Part shown: in pieces, positions 8,901 through 18,504 of the stretch
Layout of the letters: every line of letters starts with the position of its first letter
Numbering within the stretch: position 1 is the stretch's first letter
Source: an uncultured Chromatiaceae bacterium
GTDB lineage: Bacteria; Pseudomonadota; Gammaproteobacteria; Steroidobacterales; GCA-2729495
Direction: 5' to 3'
Assembly (NCBI GenBank): GCA_964415505.1
Contig: CAYQAR010000001.1
Location: forward strand, 17,908 to 81,907
DNA: 64,000 nucleotides
Notes under the pieces: model-generated
Databases searched by the model: none
Told to the model about the DNA's origin: nothing
What the model saw: the letters and a program-made list of their open reading frames with translations, nothing else
Program-made: the position numbers and the translations under genes

Positions 8901-9695
8901 ATGAACCACAGATCATCGACTGTGCTCGCCTGTCTGCTCGGCCTGATCCCACTGGTATCGCATGGCGCCACCGAGTGGGCCACCTGGAACACCGCTGCCA
9001 GCAACCTGGGTTCGACGGGCAACTTCATCGATGGGCGTTCCGTCGCGCTGACGGCCTGGTTCGAAACCATCAGCGGCCCGGCAGCCGCCGGCACGATCTA
9101 TTCGGTGAACCCGGCAGTCCCCGGCCAGCCCGACGGCAGAAACCCATCGTTTACCTACGCACTCACCGGCCCGCTCCCCTACCCGAGTCTGGTCGACCCC
9201 GGCCACGTGGCGATGCATCTCGACCTCGCGAACTTTCCGGTCGACTCGGACACGCTGTTTGGTTTTGCTGATCTGAAGTTCCAATACCGGCTGGAACTGC
9301 AGGACGCCAACCACAACATCCTGCCGCTGACTGGGCTGGTAACGACCAACTTCGACCTGACGTACGACGGCAGCGCACTGATCGCCGACAAGGGCTGCAT
9401 CCTCAATACCGTCGCCTCGGGTTCGATCCCGGCCGGCAAGATCGACTACACCGGGAACGACGCCGGCGGCACATATTCACACACGGGTCTCTGCACATTC
9501 GGCAATCTGCCCACCGATACCCGTTTCATCCGCCTGATAAATTACGGCTTTCTTGGCCAGTATCAGGAGCAGACCGAAGGCATCCACGTCCTGTTCGGTG
9601 GCACTGCGTCAGCCGTACCGGTGCCAGCTGCCGCTCCATTGCTCGGAACGGCGATCGCCTTGCTCGTGACACGTGTTCGGCGCCGGACCCGCTGA
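8901..9695 (+). CDS. PEP-CTERM-like (VPVPA) secreted surface protein
   Basis: Signal peptide; C-terminal AVPVPAAAPLLGTAIALLVTRVRRRTR. Confidence 0.85.
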   Translation: MNHRSSTVLACLLGLIPLVSHGATEWATWNTAASNLGSTGNFIDGRSVALTAWFETISGPAAAGTIYSVNPAVPGQPDGRNPSFTYALTGPLPYPSLVDPGHVAMHLDLANFPVDSDTLFGFADLKFQYRLELQDANHNILPLTGLVTTNFDLTYDGSALIADKGCILNTVASGSIPAGKIDYTGNDAGGTYSHTGLCTFGNLPTDTRFIRLINYGFLGQYQEQTEGIHVLFGGTASAVPVPAAAPLLGTAIALLVTRVRRRTR

Positions 9696-9891
9696 TCGAG
9701 GCCGACATACCCGTGTACGTCTGAGCCAATAGGCCAAACCCGGCACCATTCCGGTTTTCCATAATACAGCCATGTCTCTCCGAGCAATTGACGGCAACGA
9801 GGGAGACGGGCTAGCGTGCTCGCGCACAGTCAATCAACTGTCCACGGATGGCTACCGGGCAGATTCGGGAACAAAACAAAAGAGTCGGAAC

Positions 9892-10587
9892 ATGCAACAG
9901 GTGCTGCGGGGAATCTCGTTAATGGTGTTGCTGGCCGGCCCGGCAGACGCAGCATTGCTGAGTCGACTTTCCGGTCAGGCGTACTACGACACGGCGCTGG
10001 ACATCACCTGGCTGGCGGATGCGAACTTCGCTTGGACTTCCGGATACGATGGCGATGGGCTGATGAGCATGGCCGCGGCGCAGACGTGGATCGCCTCGCT
10101 GAACGCTGCCAATCACCTCGGAGTGAACGACTGGCGCCTGCCGGCAATCGTGGATACCGGCACGCCCGGTTGCAACCCTGCGTACGTCGGTACCGACTGC
10201 GGCTGGAACGTGGATCTGTCGACCGGCGAGATGGCGCATCTGTATTACAGCACGCTCGGCAACCTGGGCCTCTACGACACCGGTGGCAACGAGACGGGCT
10301 GCAGCCCCTCGTCGCCATGGTGCCTGACGAACACCGGTCCGTTCTCCAATCTCCAGCCCTATATCTATTCGTCTGACACCCTCTATGCGCCCGATCCGGC
10401 TCTGGCGTGGCACTTCCACTTCAACAACGGCATCCAGGAATACGACGACAAGGGCAGCGAAATGTTTGCGTGGGCCGTACGCCGAGGTGACATCGGTCTG
10501 GTTCCCGTACCCGGTGCCATCTGGTTATTCGGTTCCACGCTGTGCGTGATGGGTGGGCTGTGGCGGCGTTTGCGGAAAGGACAGTGA
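9892..10587 (+). CDS. DUF1566 (Lcl C-terminal)-like protein with VPVP-CTERM sorting signal
   Basis: YDTALDITWLADAN, GVNDWRLP, EMAHLYY and AWAVRRGD motifs; tail VPVPGAIWLFGS-TM-RRLRK. Confidence 0.85.
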   Translation: MQQVLRGISLMVLLAGPADAALLSRLSGQAYYDTALDITWLADANFAWTSGYDGDGLMSMAAAQTWIASLNAANHLGVNDWRLPAIVDTGTPGCNPAYVGTDCGWNVDLSTGEMAHLYYSTLGNLGLYDTGGNETGCSPSSPWCLTNTGPFSNLQPYIYSSDTLYAPDPALAWHFHFNNGIQEYDDKGSEMFAWAVRRGDIGLVPVPGAIWLFGSTLCVMGGLWRRLRKGQ

Positions 10588-10612
10588 CCCGTCCATCTTG
10601 ATTCTCGGACAG

Positions 10613-12205
10613 CTACGCGTACCGCCGGCGGAGTTCTGTCTTGAGCACTTTGCCAGCGGGGTTGCGCGGCAGCGCATCGACGATCTCGAGCACCTTCGGG
10701 TGCTTGTAGCGCGCCAGCCGCTCGCTGAGGAATGCGTCGAGATCCTCCAGGCGCAATCCGCCGGTGGAGATCGCCGCTACCGCGACCGGCACCTCGCCCC
10801 ACTTCTCGTCGGGCCGCCCGATCACGGCCACCTCGACGATCGCCGGGTGGGCGGCGAGGGCGTTCTCGATCTCCGCGCAGTAGATGTTCTCGCCGCCGGA
10901 GATGATCATGTCCTTCTTGCGGTCCACGACCCAGATGTAGCCGTCGTCGTCCATCCGGACCAGGTCGCCGGAATGGAACCAGCCGCCGGCGAACGCCTCG
11001 GCGGTAGCTTGCGGATTGTTCCAGTAGCCGGCCATCAGGGTGGGCGCGCGGTATACGATCTCGCCGACCTCGCCGACCGGCACGTCGTTCATGTTCTCGT
11101 CGACGATGCGCGCGGACACGGTGGCGATCACCCTGCCGACGGACCCGAGTTTGCGGATGGCGTCCTCACCGGGCAGCGCACAGGTCACCGGTGACATCTC
11201 GGTTTGCCCGAACAGGGCCAGGATCTGGCTGCCCGGAAAGGTCTCGGCCATCTGCCGCAGCAAGGTGTCAGACGCCGGTGCCGCTCCCCAGGAGAGCACC
11301 CGCAGCCTGAGGTCGCGTGGTCGCGCCTGCTGGGCCGCGCACACCGCCTGCCACTGTGCAGGCACGAGGAACATGCCCGTTACCTTCTCAGCCTCGAGCA
11401 CGTCGAGCAGGCGGCCCGGGTCAAACGCGCCGAGCGGGTGGATCACGGACGGGGTGCCCAGCATCAGGCCGGGAAGCATGTTGCCGATGCCCGCGATGTG
11501 GAAGAGTGGTACACCGATGAACGCGATGTCGTTGGTGCCGGCGCCGTTGGTGTACAGCATCGTCATCGTCTGGCCGGTGAGATTGGTGTGCGTCAACACC
11601 GCACCCTTGGGCCGCCCGGTGGTGCCCGAGGTGTACATGATCAGCGCCGGGCTGTCGTTGGGGATGTCGACAGCCACGGGGGGCTCGCCCGCGGCGGCCG
11701 CTTCGGCGATCAGATCTTCGTAGCCGAACAGTCCGTCTGCACCGGGCGCCCCAGCAACGAGGATGGTCTGCAGCTGCGGGGCGAGGTCGCGAACCGCGGT
11801 GGCTGCGCCCGCCAGCACCGCCTCGGTGATCACGACGCGGGCTTCGCAGTCGTCGACCAGGAAGGCCAGTTCCGGTGGCGTCAGCCGGAAGTTGGCCGGG
11901 ACCGCGATGGCGCCGAGGAGGTTGGCAGCCAGGAACGACTCGATGTACTCGGTGCGGTTGAGCATCAGGATCATCACCCGGTCGCCGCACCGGACCCCGC
12001 GCCGGCGCAGCGCCGCGGCCAGCGCCGTCACCCGGCGATGGAGTTCACCCCAGGTGGTGGTTCGGCCGCTGAACCGCAGTGCGGTCCGGTCAGGCTGCAT
12101 CAGCGCGTGCCTGGCCAGCAGGGTGGTCCAGTTCTGCCGGCGCGACAGGTAGGGCTGCCCGGCGGTGGTCTGGTCAGCCGTGGATCCGGCCAGCTGTGCG
12201 CTCAA
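10613..12205 (-). CDS. fadD: Long-chain fatty acid-CoA ligase, FadD5-like
   Basis: YTSGTTGRPKG, FGQTE, GWFHSGD, DRKKDMIISGGENIY and PRNPAGKVLK motifs; TTG start giving (M)SAQLA...QPYLSRRQNW. Confidence 0.9.
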   Translation of the reverse strand: MSAQLAGSTADQTTAGQPYLSRRQNWTTLLARHALMQPDRTALRFSGRTTTWGELHRRVTALAAALRRRGVRCGDRVMILMLNRTEYIESFLAANLLGAIAVPANFRLTPPELAFLVDDCEARVVITEAVLAGAATAVRDLAPQLQTILVAGAPGADGLFGYEDLIAEAAAAGEPPVAVDIPNDSPALIMYTSGTTGRPKGAVLTHTNLTGQTMTMLYTNGAGTNDIAFIGVPLFHIAGIGNMLPGLMLGTPSVIHPLGAFDPGRLLDVLEAEKVTGMFLVPAQWQAVCAAQQARPRDLRLRVLSWGAAPASDTLLRQMAETFPGSQILALFGQTEMSPVTCALPGEDAIRKLGSVGRVIATVSARIVDENMNDVPVGEVGEIVYRAPTLMAGYWNNPQATAEAFAGGWFHSGDLVRMDDDGYIWVVDRKKDMIISGGENIYCAEIENALAAHPAIVEVAVIGRPDEKWGEVPVAVAAISTGGLRLEDLDAFLSERLARYKHPKVLEIVDALPRNPAGKVLKTELRRRYA

Positions 12206-12252
12206 CGGTCGGGTCTCCTGCGATTCGCGGTGGGTGTGGATCTGTGCAGATC

Positions 12253-13068
12253 TTACATTGGCGCGTCGCTCCACAGACGGCCCCGGTACGGCCCCGCGTA
12301 CAGTGCGAGAACCATGAACCACATGATGGCTGCGCTCCAGACGTCGTGCGAGAGGAAATGTGCGCCGCGCGCTTCCTGGCCGAACGCGAAGAGCGTGCCG
12401 ATCGTGAGCGCGAGGCTGAGCGCCCACCGAGCCGCGCGGCGGTGGCGGTCGCGCAGAGCGAAGTAGAGCGCGAAGAGCGCGAAGCCGGACGACGAGTGCC
12501 CGCCAGGAAAGCAGTGTGCCCGCGGCAGCGCGTCGGGCCGGTCGGCGAAAAGGTGCACGTAGGGCCGTGTGCCGCCGAAGGGTTCGAGCACGCGCGGACA
12601 GTCGATGTTGCTCGTCGCTTTGAGCAGGCCGACGAGCGTGGCCCCGAGCACCACGGCCGTCACCGCGTAGCCTGCTGCGCGTCGCCAGGGCACGAGCGCC
12701 GGCCGCAACCGGACGACCAACCAGGCGATGAGCAGCACGACCCCCGCTGCACGGATCGCTGCGCCGCCGCCCGCGTGCAGCAGTCCACGCGCCCACCAGT
12801 CGCCCGGGCCGGTACCGACGAACCGGCCGGCGGCCGCATTGAACGCCCAGGCCCGCGCCAGGGCGAGATCGAGTCCTGTGCGCGCCCCAGCCCAGGCCAG
12901 TGCGGCAAATGCCGCACCCGGCAACGCCGCGTGCCACAGCCAGAAGTGGCGCCCGCGGATACTCCGGTCTGCGGGAAGAGACCGGGCGCCCGTAGCCGGC
13001 ACCGGCACCGGCACGGGCAGCCGGGGAGCGGAGCGACGCGGCAGGACTTCGCAGGGGACCGAGGCCAT
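12253..13068 (-). CDS. PAP2-family membrane phosphatase
   Basis: LKxxxxxxCP, CFPGGHSS and RGAHFLSHD motifs; start uncertain. Confidence 0.85.
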   Translation of the reverse strand: MASVPCEVLPRRSAPRLPVPVPVPATGARSLPADRSIRGRHFWLWHAALPGAAFAALAWAGARTGLDLALARAWAFNAAAGRFVGTGPGDWWARGLLHAGGGAAIRAAGVVLLIAWLVVRLRPALVPWRRAAGYAVTAVVLGATLVGLLKATSNIDCPRVLEPFGGTRPYVHLFADRPDALPRAHCFPGGHSSSGFALFALYFALRDRHRRAARWALSLALTIGTLFAFGQEARGAHFLSHDVWSAAIMWFMVLALYAGPYRGRLWSDAPM

Positions 13069-13241
13069 GGCGGCACCGGGTGCAGGGAAACCGCCCGTGA
13101 GACGGCCGCAGCCGCGGAAATCAGTCGCGGGGGATGTGCGGTTCGACGGCCAGCGTATGGAACCGGATCTCGCCTGCAGACCCGACAACCCGGTAATCTA
13201 CGCCGTCCCTCGCAGCGCACGGCTGCAGCCCCGAGAAAGAC

Positions 13242-14144
13242 ATGCGATACACACGCAATCTGACCGTACTGCTGCTGGCCCTGCTGGCTGCTGCCCCCCT
13301 GGCGCAGGCTGACGAAACGGCGCAGGTACCCGCGCCGGATGGCGTGGCCGCCGCCACCTCCGTGCCGGAGGAACGCTGGTCGTCCTTCCTGCCCCTGATG
13401 GCGGAGGAAGCCCGCAAGCGCGGCTATGAACTGCCGTTGCCCTTCGGGGCCTCGGCCATCTACAACTACCTCGAGCGTGACATCGAGGTGACCGACCTGG
13501 GCATCGGCGTGAATGGCGCACCCGTAGGCAGCGTCAGCGATTACGTCGATCTCGGCTCCACCAGCCATGTCAACGTGGCGCTGGCCCGTTTCGACGCCTG
13601 GATCCTGCCCTTCCTGAACGTCTATGCGCTGCTCGGCCACATCGACAACCAGTCGACGACGCGGGCCGTCGTGACTGTCCCGGTGCCCGGCCCGGGCCCG
13701 GGCTCGAGCACCTTCGAGTTTGTCGGCGATACGGGCCTCACCGGCGTGGTGGGTGGCGGTGGCCTGACGGTGGCGGCGGGCTTCCAGGAGTTCTTCCTGA
13801 TGGCCGATGTGAACTACACCCAGACCGACATCGGCTTCGACGACAGCTTCCGGGCGCTGATCGTCTCCATGCGCTCGGGCTGGAACGGCCAGTTCCACAA
13901 CAAGCCAACCCGTCTCTGGGCCGGGCTCATGTATTGGGACACCCGCAACATTGCCCGCTCGACCGTCGAAGTACCGGACGTCGGCACTGTGACGTTCGAG
14001 GCCGACCAGGGGCCGAAGAGCCCCTGGAACCCCTCGGTCGGTGCCTCGGTGGCCTTCACCCCGCACTGGGAAGGCATGGCCGAATACGGCTTCAACTTCG
14101 ACGACGTCAAGGTCTTCCTGGCCGGGGTAACCTACCGGTTCTGA
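13242..14144 (+). CDS. Putative outer-membrane beta-barrel protein
   Basis: Signal peptide, ARKRGYELPLPFG, DAWILPFLNVY, C-terminal YRF. Confidence 0.75.
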   Translation: MRYTRNLTVLLLALLAAAPLAQADETAQVPAPDGVAAATSVPEERWSSFLPLMAEEARKRGYELPLPFGASAIYNYLERDIEVTDLGIGVNGAPVGSVSDYVDLGSTSHVNVALARFDAWILPFLNVYALLGHIDNQSTTRAVVTVPVPGPGPGSSTFEFVGDTGLTGVVGGGGLTVAAGFQEFFLMADVNYTQTDIGFDDSFRALIVSMRSGWNGQFHNKPTRLWAGLMYWDTRNIARSTVEVPDVGTVTFEADQGPKSPWNPSVGASVAFTPHWEGMAEYGFNFDDVKVFLAGVTYRF

Positions 14145-14256
14145 ACGCGCGCTCATGGATGGGCGGCACGGAGGTCGTCCGGCACCGTCCACGCTACCTG
14201 CCGGTGCGTCTTCTGCGCTAGCATCGGATCCACCGAAGCCACCGTCGAGGTCCGCC

Positions 14257-14811
14257 ATGCGCACTGTCCTTCGCTCCGCCGTCCTCGTCGTCGCCGCTGC
14301 AGGGCTTGCCGCCTGCGCTACGACATCTCCCGAGCGTCGCTCCATGAAGGACGCCAGCACCGACTTCTCCGCCTACCGGACCTTTGCCTGGCGCCAGGCG
14401 TTCGGCGAGGGTGCGCAGGATGCCCCGCTGCGCATGCTCGACGTCAACATCCACAGCGCGGTGACTGCGGAGCTCACCAAACGCGGTTACGCGGAGGACA
14501 CGTCGGCGCCGCAATTCCTCATGACCTACGAGACCGCCGTGAAGGACAAGGTGAAGTCGAGTCCCGTGCGCTTCGGCGTCGGTGTGGGCAGCTGGGGCGG
14601 CAACGCCGGTGGTTCGGTCAGCATGGGCACGCCGAGCGTGAAAAACTACCAGGAGGGTGAACTCGTCATCCGCGCCATCGACGCCGCGAAGAACACCGAG
14701 GTGTGGTACGGGACGGTTGCAGGCGAGGTGGACCGCTCGAAGCTCGACGCCGAGACGGTGGCCGCTGCGGTCGCCATCGCCATGCAGGATTTCCCGGTAC
14801 GTGCACCGTAG
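14257..14811 (+). CDS. DUF4136-like lipoprotein
   Basis: Lipobox LAAC; DFSAYRTFAW and YQEGELVIRAIDA..VWYG motifs. Confidence 0.8.
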   Translation: MRTVLRSAVLVVAAAGLAACATTSPERRSMKDASTDFSAYRTFAWRQAFGEGAQDAPLRMLDVNIHSAVTAELTKRGYAEDTSAPQFLMTYETAVKDKVKSSPVRFGVGVGSWGGNAGGSVSMGTPSVKNYQEGELVIRAIDAAKNTEVWYGTVAGEVDRSKLDAETVAAAVAIAMQDFPVRAP

Positions 14812-14987
14812 ACCACCGTGGCAGGTGACGTCGCAGGTGTCGATGCCGGGCATGCCGTCAAAATCTGCGCCAGACTCGCAGGACTTGTGCACGCATGCGA
14901 TCCGGGCCCGCCCGCCACCGGGCGGCGCCCGATCTGCAGGACCACGGATTACCAGCTCGAATGAACGGAATCCCAGCGGGGGAGGCG

Positions 14988-15692
14988 ATGGTCATGACGC
15001 GCAGGAATGGTTTGGTCGGTGTGGTTGCCGTGAGCCTTGCGCTGTGCGCTGCCGCGGTGCAGGCGCAGAACATCGACGACATGGTGAAATGGGTGTCAGC
15101 CCAGGTTGTGCACTACGACGTCGTGGCCGAGTACGCCGGTCCGGCAGACATCCTGCTCACCAGGGATCCCAGCGGGGGGAAGCTGGTCTACAGCACCAAC
15201 GTCAAGGATCGATTCGAGATGAGCTTCGACTGGAACCCGACGCCCGGGGAACTGGTGGGCAAGCCGACATTCAGGAATTTCCCGACCTCGCTGACGAGCA
15301 AATTGACTGGATACATGATGCTCGGAGCCACCTGTCCGCCGCCCAAGGTCACGGGCACCTACGATCACGTCGAGGTCGTCGAAGGCAGGAACGGCATCAT
15401 GGGCAGCAACTCTATCGAGTTCACCATGAAGCGCGCGTACGCCGCCGGGGCCCTGGCAATTGTGGGTGATGACGGCCGGTGCAATATCTGGATCGAAGCG
15501 CCCGCGGCAGTCGCGCCGGTGACCGACACGTCCATGCCCGGCATCGTCGTGCCGCCAGGCATGTACCTGGTGATGCCGCCGGAGGCACTCGCGAAAAACG
15601 TCAAGGTGGGCAAGGATGGCCGGACGATCGTGGTCGACGACAGTGCGACGGTCGGCTGGGTCTTCACGCACAAGCTGCGGATCGTGAAGTAG
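14988..15692 (+). CDS. Hypothetical secreted protein
   Basis: GGAGG RBS; signal peptide ending AVQA; coding-like codon usage. Confidence 0.65.
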   Translation: MVMTRRNGLVGVVAVSLALCAAAVQAQNIDDMVKWVSAQVVHYDVVAEYAGPADILLTRDPSGGKLVYSTNVKDRFEMSFDWNPTPGELVGKPTFRNFPTSLTSKLTGYMMLGATCPPPKVTGTYDHVEVVEGRNGIMGSNSIEFTMKRAYAAGALAIVGDDGRCNIWIEAPAAVAPVTDTSMPGIVVPPGMYLVMPPEALAKNVKVGKDGRTIVVDDSATVGWVFTHKLRIVK

Positions 15693-15698
15693 GATCCG

Positions 15699-17081
15699 TC
15701 AACGCATAATCGCAGTCTGACCCCTGTTTCGCACCAAGGCGGAAGCCACGAGCGCTACAACGACCGAAACCGCGCTCGTCCAGAATTCGGCGGCGCGGGC
15801 CGGGGCGATCGCCATCGCGACGATCACCGCGAGCATACCCGCAATCGCGAGGTAGCTGAGCCACGGGAACAGCCACATCGGCAGCGCCGGCGGTCGACCC
15901 TCGCGCTCGAGCTGTCGACGCAGGCGAACCTGCGACACCGCGATGGCGATGTAGATGTAGACGATCAGCGTGCCGGACGCATTCAGCAGGAAGGCGAACA
16001 CCCGGCTCGGCGAGAGGATCGCGGCGATGACCCCCGCAAAACCCGCGACACTCGCGAGCATGACCGACCGTGACGGAACCTGCCGGCGATTGGTCTGGAC
16101 CAGCCAGCGCGGCGCGTCACCCTTCCCGGCCAGCACGAACAGCACGCGCGAGCAGACATAGAAGGCCGAGTTCAGGCAGGAGAGGACGGCGGTCAGGATG
16201 ATCCAGGACATGATCGTGCTGGCGAACGGGATGTTCAGGGTGTCGAGCGCCAGCGTGAAGGGTGACTCGCCGGGCACGACCGTGTTCCAGGGTATGACAC
16301 AGAGCGCCATGAGGATCGAGCCGACGTAGAAGAGCAGGATGCGCAGAATAACCGCCGAGGACATGCGGGCGACGGCCCGTGCCGGCTCGGCGGATTCGAC
16401 GGCTGCGATGGTGACGATCTCCGCTCCCACCATCGAGAAGATCACGGTGGTCACGGCGGCGAGGGCGGCGAGGGCGCCGTTCGGCGCAAAACCGCCGTGC
16501 GCGAACAGGTTGGAAAACCCCGGCGCGGGACCGGCGGTGAGCCCGGAGGCATGGGCAACCGCGATCAGGATGAAGGCGATGATGGCCGACACCTTGATCG
16601 AGGAGAACCAGAACTCGAACTCTCCGTAGGCGCGGGCCGAGAGCAGGTTCACGGCCGTCATGACCGCCATCAGCACGACGCCGATCTGCCAGGTCGGCAG
16701 CGCGATCCAGTGCTCGATGATCACCGCGCCGGCGATGGCCTCGACGGGCACGACGACGACCCAGAAGAACCAGTAAAGCCAGCCAAAAGCGAACCCGGCC
16801 CAGTCGCCGAGACCGACGCGCGTGAACTCCGTAAACGAGCGGACCTGCGGCATGCCGACCGCCATCTCGCCCAGCATGCGCATGACCAGCAGCATGAGGA
16901 AGCCGGTAAGCGTGTACGTGACGAGGATCGCCGGACCTGCCGCGGCGATCGCCGCGCTGCTGCCGACGAAAAGCCCGGCGCCGATGATGCCGCCGATCGC
17001 GATCATCGTGATGTGTCGCCGTCGCAGCGACTGGCTGAGCGTTGGCGCCTCGGCCGGCAGCGCCGCCCGGTATTCGGTCAT
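15699..17081 (-). CDS. gabP: APC-family amino acid permease, GabP-like
   Basis: LRRRHITMIAIGGIIGAGLFVGS, YGEFEFWFSSIKV, ILTAVLSCLNS; ~12 TM; substrate not certain. Confidence 0.8.
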   Translation of the reverse strand: MTEYRAALPAEAPTLSQSLRRRHITMIAIGGIIGAGLFVGSSAAIAAAGPAILVTYTLTGFLMLLVMRMLGEMAVGMPQVRSFTEFTRVGLGDWAGFAFGWLYWFFWVVVVPVEAIAGAVIIEHWIALPTWQIGVVLMAVMTAVNLLSARAYGEFEFWFSSIKVSAIIAFILIAVAHASGLTAGPAPGFSNLFAHGGFAPNGALAALAAVTTVIFSMVGAEIVTIAAVESAEPARAVARMSSAVILRILLFYVGSILMALCVIPWNTVVPGESPFTLALDTLNIPFASTIMSWIILTAVLSCLNSAFYVCSRVLFVLAGKGDAPRWLVQTNRRQVPSRSVMLASVAGFAGVIAAILSPSRVFAFLLNASGTLIVYIYIAIAVSQVRLRRQLEREGRPPALPMWLFPWLSYLAIAGMLAVIVAMAIAPARAAEFWTSAVSVVVALVASALVRNRGQTAIMR

Positions 17082-17192
17082 GGAGGAACTCCGTGGCGCC
17101 ACGTGGCGCCAAGGCGAGGTTACCGCACGGCTGGGCTACAGCCTACGGACGATCCTGCCGGTCGTGATTCTCCTGGTGGCCACGCAATGGAA

Positions 17193-17675
17193 TCAGTTGC
17201 TGAGCGCGAAGCGCACCGCACGGCTCACCGAGGGAGCGATCACGGAAATGTGGTGCTCGCCTTCGATCACATGCAGCTTGACGTCCAGGCCCGGATCCCC
17301 GATCGCGTTGAGGCGCGATTGCAGGTCCCGGGCACGGTCGAGCATCCGCGTCTGGGTTTCCAGCCATTGCTGGCGCACTGGCGTCCGTGGCATGGCTGGA
17401 TCGCACTCGCCGAATGTCTGCTCGCAGCTGCCGGCGGTGATCAGCAGCGGCGCCGGCGTGTACCCCGATCGGACGCGGCGTTCCAGCTGGGGGATTTCCG
17501 TCAGGATGTGGCCGTCCGCGAACCAGACTGACGGGCTCATGGCGACATACCTCTGGAAGGCGTCGTTGCGCGTCAGATAGGTGTGGAGCGTGAACAGGCC
17601 GCCGTAGGAGTGCCCCGCCAGGGTCTGGCGCGTGCGATCAACCTTGAAGTCGCGCTCGATGGCGGGCCCATGCAT
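17193..17675 (-). pseudogene. 5'-truncated alpha/beta hydrolase (IroE/BesA-like esterase)
   Basis: PAIERDFKVDRTRQTLAGHSYGGLF, SPSVWF and GEHHISV motifs; N-terminal half missing. Confidence 0.65.
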
Positions 17676-17720
17676 AATCAACGGGCACTCGGTGGCGCTT
17701 ACCCGGACGAAGAGGTTCTG

Positions 17721-18473
17721 ATGAGCGAGGACGACAAGTCGGTAGTCGCCAAAACGATCGCCGACCGGACCTATCAGCGCATGCGGCGCGACATCATCTC
17801 GGGGGCACTTGCCCCCGGGACGAAACTCGCGATGGAGATGCTGTCGAAGCGTTACGATGTGGGTCTGAGCCCGCTGCGCGAAGCGCTCGTGAGGCTGACC
17901 GGTGATGCGCTTGCCGTGGCCGAGGGGCAGCGTGGATTCTGGGTATCCCCGATCTCGCTGGGCGAACTGCAGGACATGAACGATGCGCGCCTGCTGATCG
18001 AAAGCCAGGCACTCGCGCTGGCAATCGAGCGTGGCGGCGAGGACTGGGAGCAGACCGTCACGCAGGCCTACCAGGAAATCACCGTCCTGGAACGGCAACT
18101 GGATCGCGGGGACAGCGCTACCTTCGTGCGCTGGGAGAACGGCAACCGGCGCTTCCATGAGGCGCTGGTATCGGCCTGCGGTTCACCCTGGCTGATACGC
18201 CTGCGGAGCCTGCTGCACCAGCATGCCGAGCGCTACCGTATGATCTCGCTGGCGCAGAACATGATCTCGCGCGATGTCCACGATGAACACGAGGCGATTT
18301 TCGATGCGGCCATTGCGCGCAAGTCATTGCGGGCCTGCCGCCTGATCGAAATGCATCTGCAGCGCACGGTCGATGTGGTGCGGACGGCGCTTGAGCGTCC
18401 GGTTGAGGCGGTTGCGGCCAAGCGTTCCCCACGTGCGGCCACGAAACGAGGCAAATCGGCCAGTCGCCGATAG
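17721..18473 (+). CDS. GntR/FCD family regulator (CsiR-like)
   Basis: LAPGTKL..YDVGLSPLREALVRL HTH; NRRFHEALVSACGS and EHEAIFDA FCD motifs. Confidence 0.9.
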   Translation: MSEDDKSVVAKTIADRTYQRMRRDIISGALAPGTKLAMEMLSKRYDVGLSPLREALVRLTGDALAVAEGQRGFWVSPISLGELQDMNDARLLIESQALALAIERGGEDWEQTVTQAYQEITVLERQLDRGDSATFVRWENGNRRFHEALVSACGSPWLIRLRSLLHQHAERYRMISLAQNMISRDVHDEHEAIFDAAIARKSLRACRLIEMHLQRTVDVVRTALERPVEAVAAKRSPRAATKRGKSASRR

Positions 18474-18504
18474 CGTCTGGCGCACACAACGAGCGTCCGG
18501 GCTC

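Noticed and set aside
10613..12937. 774-aa ORF suggesting an N-terminally extended acyl-CoA ligase
   Set aside because: The extension overlaps the PAP2 gene in another frame; homology starts at TTG 12205
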